A stretch of 59,511 bases of DNA, the filler included, from Sphacelaria rigidula (lineage: Eukaryota), in the NCBI GenBank assembly GCA_964200075.2. It is 10 parts of 10 records of this genome, joined end to end, with 100 filler letters (N's around TTAATTAATTAA, not from the genome) between each part and the next. Parts side by side here need not be neighbours in the genome. Positions count along the whole stretch, not along the records: positions 17,885 to 23,745 come from CAXNAA020023901.1; positions 23,846 to 29,706 come from CAXNAA020023902.1; positions 29,807 to 35,667 come from CAXNAA020023903.1; 7 more parts are not named here. One strand, 5' to 3'. The notes beneath the pieces are model-generated. The model was not told the DNA's origin. It saw only the letters and a program-made list of their open reading frames with translations, and ran no database searches. A program made the translations under genes and the position numbers. Numbering within the stretch: position 1 is the stretch's first letter; the number at the start of each line of letters is the position of its first letter. Positions 21,606 to 34,480 of the stretch are shown piece after piece.

Positions 21606-23869
21606 GTGAGCTATTGGTATGTTTGTCACGGCCGTAGTGGCCTGTAGTCAACCTGTGTCAGGAGATTGGACACAAATTCTGCAAACTATTGATTTGTTGT
21701 ATAATACGCGCACAGCACGAACTGGAACATGTGGACCGATCGACGTTGGGGTGTTTGCCGCGGGAAAATCTGCGCTCGTCAGTGTCGTGAATGTCCCGAG
21801 CCAAGTCCGTCGCTGAGGCGGGAGATGTTGAGATAGGGCAGTCGTATTGTGGATGGTTTCGTGTGGGCGAAATATGATGGCTTACTGATGGTTTGACGTG
21901 TTTAATGAGCTGCTCGCCATCACTGATGGGTCGTTGTGACACAGCGTAAGTACACCGGGGCTGATTGCTCGACACGTCGTTCGAGAGAAGGCAACGAATC
22001 TGCAGTGCCCAGACGTGGTTCATGTCTACTCTGGTTGATACGAAATCAGCTTCTTCCAAGTATCTTGATCTTATTACACTCACGGTCTTGGGTGTTTCGC
22101 TCGAAACGAAAGTCCTGTTTCGGGCACAACCACGGTCACTCCAGGTCCCGGAGTATGGCCTCTACTTTTGATGACGCTTCATTTGGACGCAAGCCGGGGT
22201 GAACAACCTGTTGTGCTGTACAGCGACTGTAGCAGCAGGTCCATAATCGAACAGTGCGATGCCGGCCGTAGAGGCCTTGAAAGTGCCGCTGCTCCTGTCG
22301 CTGCTCGGGGTAAGCTTGTGCAGAAAAAGAAGCGCCACACTGCCCTAAGGGGAACACATGCCGAGAGCCTGGAGTGGCACGCACTGTTACAACTCCTTCG
22401 GTACTGCACGGTTGTCCGCGTCAACCAAAGCACACCGTGTTCAGTTGGAGAGTGGTCGTGTTTCGATCGACCGCTTGTCATATTTCGTACCGGAGGCTGA
22501 AATTTATCTTTCTGTTTTTGAAACAGCAAAACTGCATCTGTTCTCGTCACTGAAATATGACGGGCCCTGGCGTGTCAGGATACAGTTTTTAAGGGTTCAT
22601 CATTCTGTATGAAAATTCGAGCAGGATTTCTTTCTGCGCCGCCCGTTGGGATCTTCCAAGGAGCGGATATGAGATACTACAGTACACAAATGGCGCGTCC
22701 GGGCGGCTCATATGATACCTTGATGAATACTGCCCAGACACTGCGCGGTGTAGTCCAGGCTCACGTGTGAGCCGACTGGTAATTCTGGGATATTTTTTGT
22801 GGATACGATTTGTATCTGTTAGAGAGCATGAGCTCAGTCCACACCACTGTTGGCTCTACCGCAGCAACTCATTGACTTTTGGATGCCTTTCGACAATACT
22901 TGGTGGCTAGATACTCCAGCCAAGACACATGCTGGAGAACCGTCATTGACGCTGTAGGTCACCTGCCCTAAAGCCTGTAGAACAATCGTGTACTCGAGTC
23001 GTGAAGACTCGCATTGTGTTACTAAGGCGCCAGCTACTAACAGTGGATCCTGGAAAATGGGGTCCATCTTCAAAATGAGGTTGAAGTGGCATTTATTTTT
23101 CGCAGGGATGACACGAAACACTTACGACCGAGCGAAGCCATCTTCCCCCCCAAATGTCCGCAGCAATTAAGCAGCTGTGGCTAGGTGCAACTAACAAATG
23201 CGGTGTACACGCGCGTGTCGATGACGATATCACCAGAGAGAGAAGCAACGACAGAGAGGAAGCTTTCTCGCCCGTGTCCTCTGTGTGTCCTCGCTCGGCG
23301 ATTACCAAAGTCTTGAGAGACTGACATCATCGATGATACCAGCATGTGCCCAATTTTCCATATGCCGAAACATCGAGGTGCGGAGAGATTTTCTCCCGTC
23401 TTACAATTGCCTGTCGAGCTCACGAATGTGAAGATGGATTTCTCTCTGCCTCTCATTCTGGACAGGACGCGCTTCTGTGCGCTGAAAAACATGTCATTGA
23501 GAAAAGGGCAATGTTCTCTGTCACACATGCCAGCAAGGGCGGTGGTGCGGCCATAACAAATAAATTCAATTTGAACTTGGTGGGGGTGTCATTCATCATT
23601 AATTTACCCACATCTGACCCTCTGGGTGCCCGACGAGAACAACGTGCCACACGCCAGTTGAGGGGGGTGTATGAGAGATCAAACATTTGTAGAGACCTTC
23701 TTGACAAGAAAATAAAAAAAAGATACGTGTGGTGGTGACCTAACTNNNNNNNNNNNNNNNNNNNNNNNNNNNNNNNNNNNNNNNNNNNNTTAATTAATTA
23801 ANNNNNNNNNNNNNNNNNNNNNNNNNNNNNNNNNNNNNNNNNNNNTTTATGGCGTCATCGCCTACCGAC

Positions 23870-24065
23870 GCCAACCCCATCGGGGGTCCGCCCCTACAAA
23901 GCCGGCACGGAGCACGCCGGGTTCTCGCCGGGCCAGGCTGTGGGGGGGGGGGGGGTACTCATGGCTTGCATACCGTGGTCAAATGATCATTGACCTCGTC
24001 TCCCTACAAAGTCGGGGCGGAGCACGCCGGGTTTTCGCCGTATCAGGCTCTGGGAGGGGGGGGGG
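23870..24065 (+). repeat. Dispersed poly-G-associated repeat (GTACTCATG...CATTGACC...CCCTACAAAGCCGGCACGGAGCACGCCGGG), two tandem units
   Basis: Related copies at ~27510-27660, 29620-29685, 33160-33255, 41729-41800 (-) and 53735-53780. Confidence 0.75.
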
Positions 24066-24184
24066 GCAATCCGGTACTTAGTTTGTCGATCAGCATGAAG
24101 CAATACATACACTCCGGCGTATGTGCATGGCGAAGGCGACGGGCAAAAATGCAGTCCGCTGCGCCACACCAACGATTGATACTA

Positions 24185-24443
24185 GATAATTTCTACGATA
24201 GCCCCCCCCCCAAGAAGTGCCTGGTTTGGGGAGGCAAAATCTTGACGTAAATCGAACCGGAAGAAGCCGAGCACAACGAACAGCTGGGAATTCCCACGCT
24301 TGGGTTTGTTCTTGCCAATGTCGCTCATATAAGGCGCTTCATGCAGCGTGAACCCAAACATCAGGCGCTGTATAATAATTTTTTCGCGACACGTTTGAGC
24401 TGTTTTTTTTTGGGGGGGGAGGAGGGCTATCGTAGAAAGTGTC
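24185..24443. mobile_element. MITE with TIR GACACTTTCTACGATAGCCC
   Basis: TTTCTACGATAGCCC...GGGCTATCGTAGAAAGTGTC. A second copy starts at 41531 and is cut by the contig end. Confidence 0.8.
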
Positions 24444-25033
24444 ACTTCTTGATTCGAGTCTGAATGAACACGAACATTCGAATCTTCAGTGGGGTTGACA
24501 GTCTCGAGTGCTTCATAGCGAGGCGTGTGCACAAGAGCGTTCTTGTCCAAATCGGCGCCGCAGCCGATCGGAGGTCTCCCAACGCACACTTTGCCTGGGG
24601 CACCGTTTGCACTCCTCCCTTGCCCGAGGGTGCTTGGTATCATTTGGGTATGTCTTTACTCATTCAATGTGCTAGCACGGATTTTGAAAAAACCGTTCGT
24701 CTTGAAAATAATGATGGGCCACATGCACACAGAACCCGTGCTAGCATAATAAGTAAAAGTCTAGCCTTGGGTCAGTTGATGTGCGACAAACAATCAAATC
24801 AAGCACATCAAGACTGTCAGACTTAGAACCATGAGAACTACAATAACAACAACATCGGACGAAATTCGTGACGCACACTCTTGATAGCACCGCGAAAATC
24901 ACCCGAATATAACCTTCAGACGTAAAATACTCACATGCAGCGAAACCGCTACATGCCGAAACCATGAAATAATAATGCTTCGTGATAGTAATGATGATGA
25001 TGATGATACCCATAGTTGTAACAGCCATCGTAC

Positions 25034-25261
25034 CCGGATATCAGCTGGCAAGGATTCCGGTAACGCAAACGATTTCGAAGCGGCCGCCGTCTTCGCCTCA
25101 TCCTCGTCCTGAAACACCACGTTGAAGGACCAATCGCTCAGCCACTCCACGTATTTTGGGCCGAAGCCGTCGAAGTACGCCTTCACGTCGTTGTCTCGGA
25201 TTTGCTTGCACACCGTCTTGTCCAGGCTGAAGATATGGATCTTGTGGGGGAATAGACTTGC
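25034..25261 (-). CDS. NCBP3: NCBP3-like (nuclear cap-binding subunit 3) RRM exon
   Basis: KIHIFSLD...DNDVKAYFDGFGPKYVEWLSDWSFNVVFQDEDEA fits the NCBP3 pattern YF..GP..(I/V)EW..D.S.NVVF.D. 228 nt, cag/gtacga. Confidence 0.75.
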
Positions 25262-25618
25262 CTGAATGACACATGAAGAAAGACAAATCGATTCACCAAT
25301 CAGTCGATCTATGAATCGGTTACGACTCGGTTTGATCAAGCAACAACCAATCGCAGGAGGAACAATCAATCAGGGCGTTCATCTTAACACATTACTTTCC
25401 GATCGAAACTGTGCTGCGGAAAACGAAAGCTCCAATATGATAAGTCATGGTTTCAACGGTCGTACTTTATTTTGAAGATGGTTGAAATCACGATCTATCA
25501 GATCGGAATATTTGTTTTCCACCACACTTTTTCGATCGAAAATTGATGTGCCAAGACACGACCTCATTGGAATAAAATGAAGACGATGGAAACAAAATGA
25601 GTCGGAAGACAATGCCTG

Positions 25619-26158
25619 GATGGAGCGTGTTAAGGGAAAACAGCTCGGTTGATCAAGCGATCAAACTATTAATATCAAACTATCAACCAGAAAAACGGTT
25701 GGCTCAAGAAACAATCAGTCAAAAAGCAGCTACCGAAGTATATCAGGAATCAAACCATCAAATCATTAATCAAAAAATTATTGATCAATCAATCAACCAA
25801 TCAATCAAAAATTAGTCAGTGAAAAGGAAATAAGTCAAATAACCACCAATAAAAAAAAAAAATCAAATGACGAATCATTACAAGATGGAGCGTATAAGGA
25901 ACAACAACTCGGTTAACCAAGCAATCAAACTATCAACAAAAAAAAAACGGTTGATTCAAGAAACAATAAAAAAAAAAGTAGCCAGTATATTACGAATCAA
26001 AACCATCAAATCATCAATCAGAAAATGATTGATCAAGAGAACAATCAACTAATCAATCAATCAATCAGTCAACAAGTAGTCAGTCAGTCAGTAAAAAGGA
26101 AAAACGTCAAACAACCATCAATAACAACAACAAAAGTCGAAAGACAAATCATTACAGT
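25619..26158. repeat. Intronic tandem duplication, ~264-bp period, AATC-rich
   Basis: GATGGAGCGT...AATCATTACA units start at 25619 and 25883. Confidence 0.85.
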
Positions 26159-27052
26159 CCATCGGTCAATCATCGGATCGATCGAATAACTCCAACCATC
26201 CATGACATTCCGATCGGTGGAACACAATCAAAACAGCACAGGAGAACGTCAACCACAAAATGTCGGCAAGGTGCAAAAAAACAAACACGTGTTTTCACGT
26301 ACAAAATAACCAAATAATCGTTTTCAGATCAGAAGTGCGTAGATGCTACGGGCCCGTACCAGGCTGGAATGAAAATGCGGGCGACTCACCTACTGTGTGG
26401 GGACGCGACACAGCAAATGCACTCTCTATATTCTGCCGACTCATCACTCAACAACACACAAAATATATGGCGGGTAAGGTGGGGGGTTCGGGCACAGAAG
26501 CCCCATGTCAGCAACAGTAGTGTGGTGGGTACTGACCAATACAATAATGGATATGTCTGGAAAGGTGAACTCATGTAGTGAGCGAATGTATTGGCCTAAT
26601 GTGCGGAAACTATGAAAATAATGATAACAAGGCCTTCAGTATTTTGTTTACAGAATTGTTCGTACTGGTGAATGTATGGGGGAAAAAGTTCTCCCTCTGG
26701 GTATTGTAATGACACATAAGAAGTGGCCTCGAGGTATGAAAAAAAAAGCATGTTCATCCATCCGGTTTTCGTACAGTTCTAGGTACATGGCATTCAACGC
26801 ATGCGGCTGGACGGCAACTCGCGCATAAACGTGCCTCCCCGATGAATACCGTACAGCCACAAGCAGCTCCTGTCTGATTGGGAGCAACACTCTAACCGAC
26901 AACGTGTGGAGCTTTCCGTGACTCAATCTCTCTGACCCATGCATATTGTTCAACGCAATCCCTTGCGTACCACATGCTTCCAGCAGCCGACCTAGGGCCA
27001 ATCGGCACGAGGCATACAACACCCAAGAGCTAGACACAACAGATGTACTCAC

Positions 27053-27195
27053 CATCGGCTCGGGGTCAGCCCTGTCCGGGTCTTCGCAGAAAATATCGCT
27101 CAACCTCAGTCCTTGTTCCTCGGCTTGTATGCTCCACATCTGGTCTGGATTGCCGAACTTATGAGAGCGCGCCATCCGTTTTTCCTCCGTTATCA
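27053..27195 (-). CDS. NCBP3: NCBP3-like protein, exon (ITEEKRMARSHKFGNPDQ...DPEPM)
   Basis: Poly-T then ccag acceptor, ATG|gtgagt donor. Has a KR..R..(K/R)FG motif and splices in frame to 25261. Confidence 0.72.
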
Positions 27196-28727
27196 CTGGA
27201 AAAAAAAAAAACAGCAGATTTCCAGGTTCACGTTAACTATGTACGTCTTCTTTTCAGGTATAGGTTTTGAGGTTGGGAGAGCGGCTTGCGTAGGAACATA
27301 TCTATAGATAAAGTGTTCGCGCGATAAACCAAAACACCGCAAAGCCAAAATCCAAACACCGCGGTTGTTTGTGTTGTAATCTAAACTTCAGTTCAGATTT
27401 AAGGACAAATCATCATAAAAATAAATGCTTAGGTAGATCAAGGTGTGCGTGTCATGAACTCAAAAACAAAAACATCGCGGAGGGCGGGGCGCGGGGGACT
27501 GGGAGGGGAGGTACTCATTTGGTGTGGGTGCCCAACCCGCCCACCCCTCACCTAGCACACGGTGAGATCTCCGAGCGTTCGAGTTTGGTCCGTGACTGTG
27601 TTACTTGCTTCATTATGATCGTTTGACCATTGACCACGCATCAACTTCGAGACGGAGCAAGTGGGGGCGGGGGGAGAGGCGGGCGGGAGGAGGGGGTTAC
27701 ATTTGCAGCACTGCCTGCGCTTGCGGCTTTCCCCCTCCTTGCATGACACTTTCACACGTCTTTGTCTTTCGATGGGTCATGACGAATGTCCCGGGTTCGG
27801 AGGGCAAGACTCTGTACAGCATGACTCCAATGTCATGAGAGCAAACTCCAGCAGCAGCACCCGGCGGGCATGATAGATCGTCCGGAAACGACCGCTGCGT
27901 GTCCGTTGCAAAGCATTTGACACAACGATGTTTATGTCGTCACTTGAACGACCAGTCACAAAACTTTGGGAGGGGGGGGTGAATAACCTAACAAATGACG
28001 ACACGTTGGCGAGGGGACTTGAACTTGACTGCAGCACGAGCCGAATTCAACACACCAGCCGATATTTGTACAGCTTGGTGCTGACTTTTTCGAGACACGT
28101 AAAGGAGAAGAAAAAAAAATGGGTACAGTACCTAACACCGAAGTATTTCGAGACACGTATAAGGAAAAAAAAAGCAATTATTGGTACAGTACCACCGTAG
28201 TATCCATACAAAATTTCAAGCATGCATGAAAACGCTGCCATAGAATGCCAACAACTATTTGATGACTCCCGCACGTCCAAAAACAAACCGTAAAAGCTAC
28301 CCAACCTTGGATTCTTCAGGGAACGCCACCTGATGCAAAACCACCGTGGGTATCATACGATGTACTGCTTGAATTAATTTGCATGTCGACCATATATTTT
28401 CACGTCCGAAGACCTCCCTGCAGAGTTAGACTATGTATTTTCTCGCACAGCACCAACCAAGGCAGTTCGTTCAGGTGCGCCGTAATAGTCACGATACGCG
28501 GCCACTGCTGTTATTGCCCGATCCTGGCAGGATGCGCCTCCACCGCGAGCTACAACAGCTGCGGCGAGAATATTTATTCGACGAAATAATAAAAAATAAT
28601 AATAATTCGTCATTTGATCAGGCCACGAGGAGGATCTCGGGCGTTTCAACGATAGCTGCCGGCAAAAGGTATTAGCCCTAGCCTGTTTCACCCTTGGTCC
28701 TCGAGGCCAACGCTAGCCTTAACTCAC

Positions 28728-28819
28728 TCTCTGCAATGTCCGGGTCGACTCTCTTCGCCAGAGGATTTTGAGGCCCCTCGAGCAGCGGCGCCTCCACAAC
28801 GGGTGCGTTGTCCCCGAAC
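28728..28819 (-). CDS. NCBP3: NCBP3-like protein, upstream exon (FGDNAPVVEAPLLEGPQNPLAKRVDPDIAE)
   Basis: tccag acceptor, A|gtgagt donor. A+TG forms ATG in frame with the exon starting at 27195. Confidence 0.65.
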
Positions 28820-30078
28820 CTGGACAAAAAACGAAAAATAACAAACAAACAAAAAAATCAACAGAGCACAGATTCAACACGTAATGAAAACAAGAGCGCC
28901 ACACACACAACGAGCAATGGAAGTCAAGCAAAAAACCATGTGACGGGCGTCTTTTGAGAATCACCCCCCGAACAGGAAGCCATGATACACGATGATACGA
29001 TGATACGATGATACGATTATACGATGAATGATACGGCACTTGCGTGGAAAGTGATACGTATCGGATGATTGCGTCACGGACTGCGATCACTGGCTAGATT
29101 CCCGGACTCGCCCACGGTTGCACTGACCGCGTAGTGTATTGGTCCACCCAAATCACGAGATTGACAGCACGCAACCGGCAAAACAACCCCGGTAAATTGC
29201 AAACAACCACTGAATGAAGACGGAAACTTCCGAAATATACTCAAAACGTAGCTCTTGACCCTTTTGGAACCGTTGATGGAAAAAATGACGATTTACAATC
29301 GACGTTTTATTGGGCGAGATATGTTTTATTTTTTGGAAGATGTTGATGCAGCCCACCACAACGGTGGACCACTCCAAGTCCAAGTATATACTAAGGTGAC
29401 AGACTCGTGCACCAAACTCGAAGAGACGCTTCCCCAGTGACAAAAGCTCGCGTACGGGAGTATGTACTGTTTTTTGGGAGTGCCAAAAAGGGTTAATGCT
29501 GCTGCCCGAGCCAGATACGCATTTTTTTTCTAGGGCACGTCGAGTAGAGTATACTCAATTGCGGGGTATTTTGAAAGTCGTAATTGAAGTACACAACTTA
29601 GGGGTAGGGTTTTAGGGGGCGTACTCATTTGTTGCTTGCCTTAGTCGTTTGACCATTGACCACGCATACCTTTCGAGACGGAGCTAGGGTTTTAAGGGGG
29701 GGGGGGNNNNNNNNNNNNNNNNNNNNNNNNNNNNNNNNNNNNNNNNNNNNTTAATTAATTAANNNNNNNNNNNNNNNNNNNNNNNNNNNNNNNNNNNNNN
29801 NNNNNNCTCAGAAAAAAGGACGACTACGAATTCTGAAAACTTCTGACGCTGACTACTATACTCAAATTAGGGTAGAGTGTTCGGAGTTGTACCCGAAAAA
29901 TAACTAGGAAGCGATCTCTAAAACTCTATACCTAATTTGTCTAGTTCAAGTATGACTTTCAAAATACCCCGCAATTGAGTATACTCTACTCAATTTGCCC
30001 TTGTAGTACTCCATATATCAGGAACTTCGAGAGGTATTGTATCTCAAGCTCGAGGTTCCGACTTATATTCAACCCTTA

Positions 30079-30254
30079 GGCCAACTCTTATGGAAGCGTT
30101 TGAAAATTTATGTTGCAACCATTTCAGAGGATTTTTTTTTTCTCTGTCATCATGGTGAACGGGCACAAATACACAACTACGTCAAAGAAACAAAAAAAAA
30201 GTCGTTTAATATTATTTCAAAGTAAAATTCTAAGCGCTACCATAAGAGTTGGCC
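30079..30254. mobile_element. PIF/Harbinger (Tourist-like) MITE, TTA TSD
   Basis: TTA|GGCCAACTCTTATGGAAGCG...CGCTACCATAAGAGTTGGCC|TTA. Confidence 0.8.
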
Positions 30255-30257
30255 TTA

Positions 30258-30692
30258 GACCGACTCTCATGGGAGCCGTTCAAAATTCCTGTTCAAAAGA
30301 GGGTTAGGCGGCTGTTGACGCCTTGGAATGACTTGCTCTACTCATTGAGGCCGTCCCAGGACAACTTTGCATTTCCCGCTGGCCGGACTTTTATTTTTGG
30401 CGGAACACGGGTTTTCAACAGAAAACGATCAAGCGCGATAATAAAACAGGGCAACATTTTGATCATCTGGTCGTTTTTTTTACTGAAAATCCGTGCTCGG
30501 CATCATTTGGCCAAAAATAAAAGTGCCGTCAGTGGGAATGCAAAGTTTTCCTGGAAGCGCCTCAACGAGTAGAGTAAGTCATTCCAAGGCGTCGACATCC
30601 GCCTAGCCCTCTTTTCGGGCGTAAATCGATGGAGAAGGGCCCAAAAGGTAGTTGCCGACAGGAATTTTGAACGGCTCCCATTAGCGTTGGCC
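30258..30692. mobile_element. Second Harbinger-type MITE with ~140-bp inverted arms, TTA TSD
   Basis: TTA|GACCGACTCTCATGGGAGCCGTTCAAAATTCCTG...CAGGAATTTTGAACGGCTCCCATTAGCGTTGGCC|TTA. Degenerate relative at ~37268-37390. Confidence 0.8.
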
Positions 30693-32264
30693 TTAATACA
30701 GCAAAAAACGCCTTGATAATTTCAAGAGAGTAGAACCAATGGTTCTACAAAGCGGGAAATAAGATCGAACGTGTTGGACCAACAGGCAGCATAAAATTAC
30801 AAAGAGCTTTCGGTGATGAGGTTTATGTGTGATTGGTGTGGACCTACGCTCTCTGAGCTACGACATCAGTTCCCCGGAGCAGGAGTAGCAGAGCATTTGG
30901 AGGAGCGATGGCGTATTGTGTAGTGTCTGTGCTGAGCTATATAGTGGTGGCCTTGGTGAGTAGTGAATTGAGATCTATGGCACGTGAGTTCGGACGTGCT
31001 TCAAGAAAAACGTTGAAACGCTGTGTATACCCGCCCCCAGACTACTAGAACACAGTTTTACGAACTGTTTTACTAGATTGATACGGGGTGCAACACCCCC
31101 ATCTAAGGCGCCCCATTTTTAGCACGAATTTCTTGGGTAAGCAGAGCACTCGCTTCCTGAACACTCTGTCTGATTGAATCATATTGTTGAAGGGTTTCAA
31201 TGTTATCAATGTTGGTGCTATCACCGAAAGCAGATCAGAATGGCCACTGCAGTTTTGTCGAGATTGGTGGTGTGCGGATAAGAGGAGTGTTAATACCCCG
31301 CCATTCATATTATCAGGTTGCACAAGTTTTGAACTTGCTTTCACACAACAGTATTCACAGCAGGACTCGGGCTGAGATTCTCGGGTTGCCTCTGAGCTCG
31401 CCCGATATCGATGTGCGGGTGAATATTGATGTGCCGATCACAGCAAGCTTTGATTGGGGTCTTGTTTGATTCTGATCTGGGTTCGAGCATTGACTGAAAG
31501 CCCCGGTGGTACTACTGTTCTCTGTACAAAGAGACTATAATAGGCCCTGGGTGCAGAATAAATGCGGCTCATGTTCCAGCAGAAGCGAGGTGTGATGATG
31601 TGATGATGTGTGAATTCGACAGGGCCTCAAGCTTGGCTCTGACTTGAATTGTCCTTGCTCTCTTGCGGATACCCGCTGGTGCTCTCTCAGTCAACAGTAG
31701 GTTCACCCGCGGTAGGTTGGTTTCAACGGAGCGCTTCTCCTGATTTCGCTCGAACATCTTGTGTCGTGGCCGCTAATGCAGTTGTTTAGCGCGACGGATT
31801 GTGAAGTGCAAGTCTATTTAATAGCAGCGAAGAATAGTTGACGTCGTGTATCTCAAACTAGAGCTCCCGTTGAATTACTCGTAGCTTTATGTTACCCTCT
31901 GTTCAACGCCAAATTATTTTGATGGCAAGGGTACGCCATCTGTTGGATTGGCATCACTTTCACTTGCAAAAATACCGTGTGACCCAGATAACCTGTGGCG
32001 GACAAAGAGTTGAATATACCGGGGTTTGTTCGAGATACTGTACCTCTACTGTCTGTTGATCCCGGTTCAATTGTAGCAAACCAACACTTGTCACTGGTCG
32101 CATCGTCCCCCATGGGGCGTCTGATGCCTTCCCAGAGTGCCACCGATGCCGTTGTATTCTACCGCCAACGCATGTTTGCACTTGTGCTGTGCTTTTATCA
32201 AGTATCCGTTGATTCTGACTTCCGTTTTGCATGTGTGTGTGAAGGTGTCTCTCATTCAAGATAC

Positions 32265-32462
32265 GAGTATCTCAAACCCGAGGTTCCCTGTATACTTCAC
32301 AGTAGTAATGAACCGTAACTTACTGTCAACCCTTAGACCGCGAGGTTAGTCTTCTGTTGAATCGGCATCAATTTCAAGTGAAAAAAAGTATGCATGGTGC
32401 AGAAAGACTAATCTCGCGATCTAAGGGTGGAATATCCCAAGAACCTGGAATTTGAGACATAC
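32265..32462. mobile_element. Mariner-like TIR shell containing one full piggyBac-type MITE (32330-32427)
   Basis: GTATCTCAAACCCGAGGTTC...GAACCTGGAATTTGAGACATAC encloses TCAA|CCCTTAGACCGCG...CGCGATCTAAGGG. Confidence 0.65.
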
Positions 32463-33610
32463 TTTTACCCGTATTACCGCCGGGGTGGTTCGTCTGGCCT
32501 GGCTGTAAATTTCGTAATTTCTCAACCAAAAATGATGCAAATGCAACGTATGACTTTCGTCGCGGTCAATGATAGGCTCAATGAGCGCCCGGGTCCTTTG
32601 TGGAACGATGAAAGAGCAGCCCTTTGTGGAAGAACAGCTTTGGGCGGTTGGCGGTGGGGGGAGTGGGGGACATGGCGTCGAAGTAATTCGTTTTGGTGGC
32701 GCTTACAAAAAAAGAGCCGACGCCGTACACACGTGGGCCGTGATTCATCATCATTCACAGCATGATCAGCAGCGCCCCGCCGTACCGTCTGACGACATCA
32801 GTTGAGGTATCTCATACTCGAGAATCCCGATATATTTGATTGAAAAATACTCCAAAATGTACCGGGAACCTCGAGTGTGACATGCCTCCAGTAAAGATTA
32901 TGGCGCGAATGAGTCCAATGTGCGATCGTGATCAGCATGTTTCTGAACAGCTGAACGCCGTGGCGTATCTGTTCGTTGGGGGAATGTAAGTGCTGTAGAC
33001 ACGACCACCAGAGGGTACAGTTCAGCCGGTCATGTGGGTTTCATTCATGTCTCATCTGCCTTTGATCCATTTCATAGGTGAAAATGATGCCAATTCAGGA
33101 GGTGACCCACCCTGACGGCCAAAGGAAATACTCTGACACCTCCGACAGATAGGGGAGGGGGGGATACTCATGATCATGCATGCCATAGCCGTAAGACCAT
33201 TGACCTCGCATCCCTACACAGCCGGGACGGAGCACGCGGGTTTTTTGCCGGACCAGACTCGCAATCAATCACCAAGCGCGAAGCTATGGGGGGGTGAAGA
33301 AATGCGAATTAAAATGTTTCCCGTGAAGCGCGATCATGGCCGAGCGTTCAAAATCGGCACCGGGTCAAAAATGGGGATTCAATCAAAATCAGCCGAAGAA
33401 CTACTGTATCACAAACGGAACACGCCCTGCTCTACAGTTTTGCAGCACAAACACTCTCACGTCTCCTCTAACGTGCTGTAGCTGCCACTGTGCTGCGGCG
33501 TGTTTACAGATCTTACGCTCCGATCGCGGTTTGTTGAAAACGTCATGATGTGTCGGCCGTTCCGTCTTCCGTGAGAGCTGAGCCAGCCTAAAAACGGATT
33601 CAAGCTCTGA

Positions 33611-33964
33611 GCCGGTCGCCCCCGTGGCTCAGTTGGTAACCTCGAAACCTTCTGAGGGTTGGGCCGCGGGTTCGAATCTCGGAGCGATCTGGGATTTTTT
33701 CTCACACCATGCCCAACAGTGGAGAGCGACTATGTCGTGGGGTTACCAAAATTTGACCTAATGGTCGACGAGGGAAAGGGACTGCTGAACCCCTCTGATG
33801 TAAAAATAAAGGCAAGCACCACAGAAGGAAGGTGGGGTACTAAAAACAAATGAAAACGAAAAAGCTCCTGTGTTGACCTTCCTCCTGTGTAACCCCGGCT
33901 GGTACGCCAACATATACCGAAAGGTGTAGACCGGCGTCCAGAATAGACGGGACGACAACACACA
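33611..33964 (+). mobile_element. tRNA-derived SINE, full length, with TSD
   Basis: A box TGGCTCAGTTGG, B box GGTTCGAATC, CA tail. Direct repeat CAAGCTCT at 33601-33608 and 33965-33972. Confidence 0.92.
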
Positions 33965-34173
33965 CAAGCTCTCATATATCTCGTTGGTACCGACAAGTTG
34001 GGCTATGATCAGCATGTCTTACTAGTCGGCTGAGGGTCATTATGTTTTTGGACTTTTTGGACCTTCTTCCGAAAATGTACCCGACTTGAGGCAACTTCGT
34101 ATGTGAAAAAGACATGTTGAAAACCGCCTTTCTGCTCCTTCTCCGTTCGCCGTTTTGAGGCTCGTTACATGAA

Positions 34174-34275
34174 CCCTATGACAGCGAGGATAGGTCACCT
34201 TCTGAATCGACATCAATATTCACTTGAAAAAATTATGCCTTATCCAGATGGACAACCCGCATCGCGGTCTAACGG
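34174..34275. mobile_element. piggyBac-type MITE unit
   Basis: CCCTATGACAGCG...GAATCGACATCAA...CCAGATGGAC...CGCGGTCTAACGG|TTAA. Confidence 0.7.
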
Positions 34276-34339
34276 TTAACTGATGTTGGGCTACAAATGT
34301 TCATGGTTGACACAATTTTACAAGTATCGCCATCCCTAT

Positions 34340-34480
34340 CCCTAACCCCAACCCAACGCATACCGAGAACCCTCGGGCAAGGGTGGGACATAGCATTCTC
34401 TTGGCAACGTGCGGCCTTGGTAGACCCCGAATCGGCGCCTGGCGCCGATTTCAACGAAAACGCGTTCTGCGCACGCGAGG
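34340..34480 (+). repeat. ~140-bp dispersed repeat headed by telomere-like CCCTAACCC
   Basis: Colinear with 16572-16707 and, inverted, with ~24524-24650. Confidence 0.7.

Noticed and set aside
29531..30002. Inverted repeat pair (GAGTAGAGTATACTCAATTGCGGGGTATTTTGAAAGTC) that appears to span one element
   Set aside because: The two arms lie on different contigs across a linker. They are copies of one repeat family, not demonstrably one element.
31100..31760. Coding-like minus-strand stretch (similar case at ~17900-18400)
   Set aside because: It has multiple stops and no recognisable family, so I cannot support a call.
33611..33690. tRNA genes at 33611, 54271 and 19367
   Set aside because: They lack a proper acceptor stem and cloverleaf, and are followed by a shared body, tail and TSD, so they are SINE heads.
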